In this document: positions 1 through 23,800 of the stretch, piece after piece
Position numbering within the stretch: the first letter of the stretch is position 1
How the letters are laid out: every line of letters begins with the position of its first letter
NCBI RefSeq assembly: GCF_009914755.1
Contig: NC_060929.1
Length of the DNA stretch: 64,000 nucleotides
Origin: the human T2T-CHM13v2.0 reference genome, Homo sapiens
Direction: 5' to 3' (one strand)
Made by a program: the position numbers and the translations under genes
The notes under the pieces: model-generated
Told to the model about the DNA's origin: nothing
The model's database searches: none
The model's input: only the letters and a program-made list of their open reading frames with translations

Positions 1-2162
1 AGTCCATTTACATTTAAAGTTAATATTGTTATGTGTGAATTTGAACCTGTCATTATGATGTTAGCTGGTTATTTTGCTCGTTAGTTGATGCAGTTTCTTC
101 CTAGTCTCGATGGTCTTTACATTTTGGCATGATTTTGGAGCGGCTGGTACCGGTTGTTCCTTTCCATGTTTAGTGCTTCCTTCAGGAGCTCTTGTACGGC
201 AGGCCTGGTGGTGACAAAATCTCTCAGCATTTGCTTCTCTGTAAAGGATTTTATTTCTCTTTCACTTATGAAGCTTCGTTTGGCTGGATATGAAATTCTG
301 GGTTGAAAATTCTTTAAGAATGTTGAATACTGGCCCCCAGTCTCTTCCGGCTTGTAGAGTTTCTCCCAAGAGATCCGCTGTTAGTCTGGTGGGCTTCCCT
401 TTGTGGGTAACCCGACCTTTCTCTCTGGCTGCCCTTAACATTTTTTCCTTCATTTCAACTTTGGTGAATCTGACAATTATGTGTCTTGGAATTGCTCTTC
501 TCAAGGAGTATCTTTGTGGCGTTCTCTGTATTTCCTGAATCTGAATGTTGGCCTGCCTTGCTAGATTGGGGAAGTTCTCCTGGATGATATCCTGCAGAGT
601 GTTTTCCAACTTGGTTCCATTCTCCCCATCACTTTCAGGTACACCAATCAGACGTAGATTTGTTCTTTTCACATAGTCCCATATTTCTTGGAAGCTTTGT
701 TCATTTCTTTTTATTCTTTTTTCTCTAAACTTCCCTTCTTGCTTCATTTCATTCATTTCATCTTCCATCGCTGATACCCTTTCTTCCAGTTGATCACATC
801 AGCTCCTGAGGCTTCTGCATGCTTCACGTAGTTCTCGAGCCTTGGCTTTCAGCTCCATCAGCTCCTTTAAGCACTTCTCTGTATTGGTTATTCTAGTTAT
901 ACATTCGTCTAAATTTTTTTCAAAGTTTTTAACTTCTTTGCCTTTGGTTTGAATATCCTCCTGTAGCTTGTAGTTTGATCGTCTGAAACCTTCTTCTCTC
1001 AACTCGTCAAAGTCATTCTCCGTCCAGCTTTGTTCCATTGCTGGTGAGGAACTGCGATCCTTTGGAGGAGGAGAGGTGCTCTGCTTTTTAGAGTTTCCAG
1101 TTTTTCTGCTCTGCTTTTTCCCCATCTTTGTGATTTTATCTCCTTTTGGTCTTTGATGATGGTGATGTACGGATGGGTTTTTGGTGTGGATGTCCTTTCT
1201 GTTTGTTAGTTTTCCTTCTAACAGACAGGACCCTCAGCTGCAGGTCTGTTGGAGTTTGCTAGAGGTCCACTCCAGACCCTGTTTGCCTGGGTATCAGCAG
1301 CGTTGTCTCCAGAACAGTGGTTTTTCGTGAACCGCGAATGCTGCCGTCTGATCGTTCCTCTGGAAGTTTTGTCTCAGAGGAGTACCCGGCCGTGTGAGGT
1401 GTCAGTCTCCCCCTACTTGGGGGTGCCTCCCAGTTAGGCTGCTCAGGGGTCAGGGGTCAGGGACCAACTTGAGGAGGCAGTCTGCCCGTTCTCAGATCTC
1501 CAGCTGCGTGCTGGGAGAACCACTGCTCTCTTCAAAGCTGTCAGACAGGGACATTTAAGTCTGCAGAGGTTACTGCTGTCTTTTTGTTTGTCTGTGCCCT
1601 GCCCCCAGAGGTGGAGCCTACAGAGGCAGGCAGGCCTCCTTGAGCTGTGGTGGGCTTCACCCAGTTGGAGCTTCCCGGCTGCTTTGTTTACCTAAGCAAG
1701 CCTGGGCAATGGCGGGCGCCCCTCCTGCAGCCTCGCTGCCGCCTTGCAGTTTGATCTCAGACTGCTGTGCTAGCAATCAGCAAGACTCCATGGGCGTAGG
1801 ACCCTCCAAGCCAGGTGCAGGATATAATCTCCTGGTGCGCCCTTTTTTAAGCCCGTCGGAAAAGCGCAGTATTAGGGTGGGAGTGATCCGATTTTCCAGG
1901 TGCCGTCTGTCACCCCTTTCTTTGACTAGGAAAGGGAACTCCCTGACCCCTTGCGCTTCCGGAGTGAGGCAATGCCTCACCCTGCTTCGGCTCGCGCATG
2001 GTGCGCTGCACCCACTGACCTGCGCCCACTGTCTGGCACTCCCCAGTGAGATGAACCCGGTACCTCAGATGGAAATGCAGAAATCACCCGTCTTCTGCGT
2101 CGCTCACGCTGGGAGCTGTAGACCGGAGCTGTTCCTATTCGGCCATCTTGGCTCCTCCCCCC
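1..2162 (-). mobile_element. LINE-1 (L1PA3/L1PA4-like) 5' part: complete 5'UTR, disrupted ORF1 (1125..117), ORF2 start at 53; continues left of the window
   Basis: Reverse complement begins GGGGGGAGGAGCCAAGATGGCCGAATAGG (L1 5' end, YY1 site at 2141-2149). ORFs 799..1125 (MGKKQSRKTGNSK) and 262..768 are ORF1p pieces. The 5'UTR is about 1037 nt. Confidence 0.95.
1500..2162 (+). promoter_or_regulatory. L1 5'UTR CpG-rich promoter region; its antisense promoter points toward the SIMC1 exons
   Basis: Intact CpG-retaining L1PA 5'UTR on the - strand. An antisense promoter is an established property of such UTRs; activity of this copy is not shown by the sequence. Confidence 0.55.
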
Positions 2163-7289
<5,127 letters not shown>

Positions 7290-7295
<6 letters not shown>

Positions 7296-7445
7296 ATCCT
7301 AAGGAATCGACAAAAAAAAGTTTACTCAAACTAGTGAACTTAGCAAGGTTGCAGGATACAGTATCAATATACATAAATCAAGTATATTTATATTAGCAAT
7401 GGACAATTGGAAAATGAAATAAAAATACATTTCTATTTTCAATAT
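7290..7445 (+). mobile_element. Old L1M ORF2 fragment, probable host of the L1PA insertion
   Basis: Degenerate aatcctaaggaatc...agcaaggttgcaggatacag...caatatacataaatcaa L1M RT-region sequence directly after the poly-A. Confidence 0.6.
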
Positions 7446-7693
7446 CATTAAATTCTTGAGGATAGAGAGAGAGGTTTGCATAGGTTCAGTGGAGACATGA
7501 TAGAGGAAGGGGTTAGTTTAACCAGCGGGGAGAAGTGATCTGGAAGGATCACTTCTGTGGTGTCTGTGCTGTGTCTTGAAAGACAAGAAACTCCAAACAA
7601 TCAAAGGGATGATAGTCATTCCAGGTAAAATGAAAAAAGCAAACATTCCTAGGCCCTAGGTGATCCACCGCGCCTAGCCGGTGATGGGTTTTA

Positions 7694-8041
<348 letters not shown>

Positions 8042-8679
8042 TGGGAGAGACCTGGTGATGTTGCATTTTAGCAGTTGGCTATGGGAGAGGAGTTGAGTTC
8101 AGACCTTTGATGGCCTTTCAGCTATTTATGTTCAGTTCTTGCCATTGAGAGCCAAGCCACCAAAGGTGGTGATACTATATGGCTGCTTCCTAAGAATGAG
8201 GCATTAGATTTCACCAAGCAATCCCTATTCCAGGATGCCAACTTCTCACTTGACCCACTCAGAATTCTGTATTCTGCTTTGGTGCTGTTAACAATGGTGA
8301 CCATCTATTAAGAGAAATAGCATGGTAGCTGTGATAGCAGCAATAGTATTGCTAGCCTCAGGGCCCTAAAGTACCAGTGGCAGTAGTATCCAAGTAAGTG
8401 AGAAGACAGAAGGTAGAGCAATATTTTTCCAGGCTCATGGTACAGAGGTTGATTACAATACCTCTGTACTGTATCATTAGGCTTTGTGAATAGCCTGATC
8501 AGTTTGCCAAGGAATGGAAGTGGAGATCGGAAGTTTTCATTAATTTACTTACTTAGGGCTCAGACTTACACTATTGGTTTTATTACCCTTGTTATATTAT
8601 CTTTCATATCTGTTTCTAGGTTGATTACACATTGAATCAAGTTGTACATTCCTAGGCCCTCACAGGGAAAGAAGGAGAC

Positions 8680-8856
8680 AGATCTGTGTTTGAATGTCTG
8701 TCTCTGCTACTTAGCTGTATAATCTTAAGGTAGATAACCTAACCCCTCTGAACTCTAGTTTCCCCATCTGTATGATGGATTGATAATGCCTACCTTATCA
8801 GGTCATTGTGAAAATTAAAGATATGTGAAAATACTCAACATGTTCTTAGCACATAG
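8680..8856 (+). mobile_element. MIR
   Basis: MIR core-like ctctgctacttagctgt...tctagtttccccatctgtatgatgg...cttagcacatag. Confidence 0.65.
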
Positions 8857-9174
8857 ATTCTTTCACATTTGCTTCACTTCTTATTTAGTTTTTGTTGTAG
8901 GTTATCCTGTGTATTTGACCTTCCAAACAAAGGTTGCTTTTGACTTTATGACTTAAGGTTGGAATATCTCCTACTACTCCCCTGTCCTCCTTGGACCAGA
9001 AAAAAAAAAAATCCCACTGTGATCCTAGTCATGCGTATGTGGCATTTGGAGAATTTAAGAAGGTATAGAAATTGACAGCTTTGGCAATACTATTGCTTAT
9101 GTTACACAAGATGTGTAACTTATCAGTGAGGTGAAATGGTAAAGTAATGCTTATCCTTAAAAGCTAAGACTTAA

Positions 9175-10545
<1,371 letters not shown>

Positions 10546-10622
10546 TAACATCTTCCCTCAGGGATTAGGTGTCCTTTCCCTAGGCCTAGGAGAAGGTCAG
10601 TGTGACTGGAGTCCATGCGTGA

Positions 10623-11360
<738 letters not shown>

Positions 11361-11493
11361 AGGGCACTTTACCTTTTTGAGCCTTAGCTTTCCTATCTGT
11401 AAAATGGAAGTAATAACATACCTCACAGGGTCATACGTGAAAGTGTCAGGGTGTCAGGCTCATCGTAGGCCTTATGTAAATTCTTATCTTCTA

Positions 11494-14859
<3,366 letters not shown>

Positions 14860-15130
14860 TAACCTCTGGCTGTTGGCGAATCTTCTAGGGATCTTGGACT
14901 CAGGGCATAGCTTTCTCTTGACAGGCTTTTTTAACCTAACCGTTACAGTGGGTGACTTAGCATATTAGTGTTATTTGAATTGCAAATGATAGGAAACCCA
15001 GTCCAAACAGACCTTAACTACTGCTAAAAGAGAATTTAATGGCTCGTGTTACTAGAAACCGAGGAGTGAGATGTGACTTGATTCAGTATACAAAAATGGT
15101 TACCAGGGTTCATTCTGCAGCTCTACTTCG

Positions 15131-15368
15131 GTTCTGTTTGGGGCTGCATGTGGTAGCCTCTCAGCCTCAGTTCTGTTTTGGGGCCGCATGTGGTAGCCTC
15201 TCAGCCTCAGTTCTGTTTTGGGGCCGCATGTGGTAGCCTCTCAGCCTCAGTTCTGTTTGGGGCCGCATGTGGTAGCCTCTCAGCCTCAGTTCTGTTTTGG
15301 GGCTGCATGTGGTAGCCTCTCAGCCTCAGTTCTGTTTTGGGGCTGCATGTGGTAGCCTCTCAGCCTCA
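15131..15368. repeat. Minisatellite, 6 copies of a 39-40 bp unit (gttctgttttggggc[c/t]gcatgtggtagcctctcagcctca)
   Basis: Six head-to-tail near-identical units read directly. Confidence 0.95.
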
Positions 15369-15820
15369 GGCTTTTATGACACTTCCAGTGGGAAAGAGTG
15401 TCTGCTTCCTTTATAGTCACCCAAGAGTTCTGAAATTGAGTCTTGCAGGATTTAATTGGCCTAATGAGAGACATGACCATATCTTTGAGCCAATCACCGT
15501 GAACTGAGGGGTAGAACAGCACGATTGGCTAAAAAAGCCACATACTTCATTTTGGGGTTCTGGTAGGTAAAACTAGTTGGTTAAGAGTAGTGAAGAGTTG
15601 GTTTCTTAAGACAAAATTATAGTACTAAAGCTTTCCAAAAGGGGACTGGATACTGGGTAGCAAAAAACAATGAAGTTCCACTACTCTCAGATTGACATGG
15701 TATGATACCAGAAAGTGAGCAAGAGCATGGAGGATAATGGAGGATAGGAAGAGGCTTCTTCCTTCTATCACCTTCAGATCCTATCCCTTCTTCCGCTAAA
15801 TTCTCCATAATTCTAATTGA

Positions 15821-15937
<117 letters not shown>

Positions 15938-15971
15938 TAGGGGAAGTTTTAACTATAAAGAAAAGTGATAT

Positions 15972-17148
<1,177 letters not shown>

Positions 17149-18834
17149 CTAGTGCAGAGTTGGTGCTACAGGAAGAAGGTCTTCCACATTCTGACCTTTA
17201 AGGATCCCCAAGTTTAATTTAATGGATCCCCAAGTTTTTGTCTGCTCACCTAAAGCAATTGGCTAAAACAAATTACTTAGAATTCTGTACTTAGCCAAAC
17301 TATCAGTTAAGTGTGAGGATACAATTAAGACATTTCCAGCTATGCAGGAATTTGAAAATATATCCTCATACCCTGTTTCTTAGGAGGTTACCTGAGGTAG
17401 TATATCAAAGGAATGAGGAAGTAATCAAAAAAAGGGGGGAGGCATGGGATTCAGGCAACATCAGATTTAATCCAGGAGAGTACTGAAGTCCCAAGATTAC
17501 AATGAATAGCACACCTAGGAAGCAGTTAGTCCAGATAGGAGTGAAATAACAGAGGGCTTTAAATAGGAACAATCTGGGAGACATCTGCAAGATGGTAGAC
17601 TAGGAAGCTCCAGGCCCTTGTTACCCCATGGAGACACTGAATTAACAACCATATACAGACCAGAATATCACTGTGAGAACTCTAGAGCCGAATTAAGAAG
17701 CTTCAGTGCCCAGGCCAATGCCTAACCAAGAACATAGTCTATCAAAAGTGCTAGGAAAGTTTGTGGCATTTTGCATGCCCATGTCCCTCTCCCTCCCCAG
17801 CAAAGCATGGTTCAACCAGGAAAAAACCTCCCATACCTTGGCTCTTCCCTTGGGCCAGAAACAAAAGAGTGGACCATGCATGCAATGTACTGACTTGTCT
17901 GGGGGCTGCCTGGCCACCCACCTCGACCTCCCAAGGTGCTGGGATTACAGGCGTGAGCCACCACACCTGTCCTGGAGTGGGAGGCTGAGATGGGAGTATC
18001 ACCTGAGGTCGGGAGTTCGAGGCCAGCTCAGCCAACATGGTGAGACCCCATCTCTACTAAAAATATAAACATTAGCTGGGTGTGGTGGTGCATGCCTGCA
18101 GTCTCAGCTACTTGGGCACAAGAATTGCTTGAACCCAGAAGGTGGAGGTTGCAGTGAGCCAAAATCATGCCACTGCACTCCAGCTTGGGCAACAGAGCAA
18201 GACTCTGTCTCAAAAAACAAAACAAGTTATGGGTATACAGTATATAAAGATCTAACTTTTAAGACATTGATAATATAAATTGCAGTGGAGTAGTAAAGAA
18301 GTAGAGGTTTTTGTATGCAACTGAAGTTGTTAAACTAGATTGTTATAACTTTAAGACATGTTATGTGATCTCATTGGTAACTTCAAGTAAGATATCTATA
18401 GAATATAACCAAAAGGAAATGGGAAAGAAATCAAAGCATGTCACTACAAAAAAAATCAATGAAAAATGAAGGAAGGCAGTAACAAAGGAAAGGAGGCCTG
18501 AAAAGGCTACAAGACGTATAGGAAATAATTAATATGGCCATAGTAAGTTCTTCCCTGTCAGTAATTATTTTAAATGCAAATAGATTAAAGTCCCCAATTA
18601 AAAGACAGAGATTAGCTGAATGGACTAAAAACCAGGATCCAACTATATGCCATCTACAAGAGTCCCACTTTATATCTTTTCAAATACCAAACTCTTGTGG
18701 CCAGGTGCAATGGCTCACGCCTGTAATTCCAGCACTTTGGGAGACCAATGTAGAAGGATTGCTTGAAGTCAGGAGTTCAGGACCAGCCTAGACAACATAG
18801 AAAGACTCTTGTCTCTAAAAAAGTTTTTTACTTA

Positions 18835-19038
<204 letters not shown>

Positions 19039-20695
19039 TCACAACTGGTAATCCAAAGAGAGCAAGGGTGGCTATACTAATATAAGACAAAAAGACTTTA
19101 AGTCAAAAACTGTTACAAGTGGCAAAGAAGGACATTATATAATAAAAGGGTCAATTCACCAAGGAGGTATAACAATTACAAATATATATGCACTAAACAT
19201 CAGACTTCCTAAATATATAAAGCAAACACTGACAGAATTGAAAGAAGAAATAGACAACACAATAATAGTAGGAGATTCAGTACCCCACTTTCAATAATGG
19301 AGAAAATAACCAGACAGAAAATCAATAAGGAAACAGAGCACTTGAACAATACTATAGGCCACTTAACCATAGACATACACAGAACATTCCACCCAACAAC
19401 AGCAGAACACACATTCTTCTCAAGTGTACGTGGAATTTTCTCCAGATAGACCACATGTTGGGCCACAAAACAAGACTTAAACAAAATGTAAAAACATCAA
19501 TATTATACTAAGTATCTTCCAATCACAATGGGATGAAACTAGAAATCAATAGCAGAATGAAATCTGGAAAACCCACAAATATGTGGCAACTAAACAACAC
19601 ACAACAATGGTTCAGAGAAAAAAAATCTCATGGGAAATTTTAAAATACTCCGGGACAAATTAAAATGGAAATATGACATACGAAAACTTATGGATGCAGC
19701 AAAAGCAGCACTAAGAAGTACAGATGTAAATAAATGCTTGCACTGAAAAAGAAAGATCTCAAACCAACAACCTGAGTATATCTAAAGTAGGAAAAGAAGA
19801 AACTGAACCCAAAGTTAGCAGAGGAAGGTAATAGTAAAGATTAGAGCAGAGATAAATGGAGAATAGGGAAAAAATGAACAAAACTAAGATATGGGGTTTT
19901 TAAACATTTCATTTGTTTGTTTTGAGGCAGAGTCTCACTCTGTCACCCAGGCTGGAGCTCAGTAGCACAATTATCGCTTACTGAAACCTTGAACTTCTGG
20001 GCTCAAGCTGTCCTCCAGCCTCAGCCTCTCAAGTAGCTGGGAAAACAAGCATGCGTCACCATACTCAGCTAATTTTTTTATTATTTTTTGTCGAGGTGGG
20101 AATCTAGCTAAGTTGCCCAGGCTGGTCTTGAACTCTTGGCCTCAAGTGATTCTCCCACCTTTGCCTCCCAGAGTACTAGGATTACAGACATGAGCCACTG
20201 CACCCAGCCACAGAGTTGGGTTTTTGAAAAGAACAAAACTGACAAACTCTTAACTAGATTAAAAAAGAGAGAAGATTCAAATTACTAAAATCAGCATTGA
20301 TAGCTCAGTGATAGAATTTTTAAAAATTACTAAAATCTGAAATGAAAGAGGGGGCATTACAACCAGTGCCACAGAAATAAAAAGGATTATAAGAGAATAC
20401 TACCAACAATTATACCCCCAATAAACTGGATAACCTAGAATAAATGGAGTAATTCCTAGAAACCTACCAAGATTGACTCATGAAGAAATAAAAAATCTGA
20501 ACAGAACAATAACTAGTAAGGAGATAGAATCAGTAATCAAAAACCTTTCAACAAAAAAGCCTAGAACAAGGTGGCTTCACTAGTAAATTTGGCCAAACAT
20601 TTAAATAAAAATTAACACCAATCCTCCTCAGACTTTTGCAAAAAACCGGAGAGATAACTTATTTCAGCTTATTCTGTGAGGCCAGCATTACCCTG

Positions 20696-21217
<522 letters not shown>

Positions 21218-21497
21218 TTAACCGAGTATGGTGGCATGCACCTGAAATCTCAACTACTGAGGAGGCTGAGGCAGGAGAATCACCTGAAGCCGGGAGGCAG
21301 GGGTTGCAGTGAGGCAAGATGGTGCCACTGCACTCCAACCTGGGCGATAGAGCGAGACTCTGTCTCAAAAAAAAAAAAAAAGGAAAAGTAAAAAACTACA
21401 ATAAAACTGCCAACCAATATACCTAATAAATGTTGATGAAGAAATCCTCAACAAAATACTAACAAACTAAAATTCAACAGCACATTAAAAGGATATG

Positions 21498-21813
21498 CAG
21501 TCATCCCTTGGTTGACTACATGGGGGGACTGGTTCCAGGACCTCCCTTGGATACCAAAATTTGCAGATGTTCAAATCCCATATAACCTATGCACATCCTC
21601 TTATATACTTCAAATCATCTGTAGATTACTTATGATACCTAATACAATGTAAATTATATATAAATAGTTGTTATACTGCATTGTTTAAGGAATGATGACA
21701 AGAAGAAACATTTGTACATATTCAGTGTAGATGTAAATTTTTTTTCAATTATTTTCAAATCTCAGTTGGTTGAATCCATGGATGCAGAACCCACAGATAC
21801 AGAGAGCCAACTG
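21498..21813. mobile_element. MER2-like Tigger-family DNA transposon relic
   Basis: cagtcatccctt...ttccaggacc start and gcagaacccacagatacagagagccaactg|ta end. Confidence 0.8.
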
Positions 21814-22656
21814 TAAACCATGAACATGTGGGATTTATTCCTGGATGGTTTAACATATGAAAGTAAATGTGATACACCATATTACAGAATGAAGGAGAAA
21901 AAACACACAATCACCTCAATTAATGCAGAAAACACATTTGACAAAATTCAACACCCTTTCTTGATAAAGACACTCAAACTAGAAATAAAAGAAAACTACC
22001 TCAACATAATAAGGGCCATATGTGAAAAGCCCACAGTTGGCATCATACTGAATGGTGAAAAACTGAAAGATTTTCCTCTAAGATCAGATGTGCCTGCTCT
22101 TGCCACTTCTATTCAACATAGTACCTCAAGACCTAGACAGAGCAGTTAGTCAAGAAAAAGAAATAAAGGGCATCCAAATTAGAAAGGGAGAAGTAAAATA
22201 TCTTTGTTCACAGGTGACATGATCTTATATGTAGAAAATCCTAAAATTCCACCAAAAAAAAAACTAGTAAATGAAATAATAAGTGAATTCAGCAAAACAG
22301 CAGTATATAAAACCAGCTCACAAAACTCAGTTGCATTTTTGTTAAACCAACAATGAAAAATCTGAAAAGGAAATAACACAATTTCATTTACAATATCATC
22401 AAAAAGAATAAAATACTCAGGCATAAACCTAACCAAGGAGGTGAAAGATTTGTATACTGAAAACTACAAAATGTTGTGGAAAGAAATTAGACACCAATAA
22501 ATGGTAAGGCTTCCTATATTCATGGAGTGGAAGACTTAATATGGTTAAGATGTCAGTACTACCCAAAGTGATCTACAGGTTCAACACAATTCCCATCAAA
22601 ATCCCAACAGCATTTCTTTTTTTTTGTAGAAATAGAAAATTCCATCCTAAATTTCA

Positions 22657-22854
<198 letters not shown>

Positions 22855-22933
22855 TTAAAAAAAAAAAAAAAAAGTTGGTATCTTGCAAAGGACACCAAAT
22901 AGCCAAAGCAATTTTTTTTTTTTTTTTTTTTGA

Positions 22934-23225
<292 letters not shown>

Positions 23226-23800
23226 TAAAAAGAACAAAGTTGGAGTTCTCACACTTCTTGACTGTAAAATATAAAGCTACAGTACTCAAAACAGTGTGGT
23301 ACAAGAAAGAAGATAGACATATGGACTAGAGAGCCCAGAAATAAACCTTTGGGTACATGGTCAAGTGATCTTCATTAAGGGTGCTAAGACTACTCAGTGG
23401 TGAAAAGACAGTCTCTGAATGTCATAGGAAAAAGTGGATATCCACTTGCAAAAGAATGAAGTTGGACTCTGAACATATAAAAATTAACTTAAAATGCATT
23501 AAAGACCTGAATATAAGACCCAAATCTATAAAATTCATTGAAGAAAGCATGGGGCAAAGCTTCATGACATTGGATTTGGCAATTGATTTCTTGAATATTA
23601 CACCATAAACACAGGCAGCAAAAACAAAAATAGACAAATAATACTGCATCAAACTTCAGAACTTCTGTGCATCAACAGAGTGAGCAATAAAAATAGAAAA
23701 TACCAAATAGAGTGAAAAGGCAGCTTATGGGATGGGAGAAAATAGTTATAAATCATATATCTGATGAGGGTTAATACCAGAATATATAAAGAACTCCAGC

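Noticed and set aside
8100-8470. Non-repetitive-looking stretch as possible exon or pseudogene fragment
   Set aside because: No recognisable protein similarity or convincing splice-site pair by eye.
15131-15368. CRISPR-like array
   Set aside because: Units are contiguous with no unique spacers, in eukaryotic intronic DNA with no cas genes.
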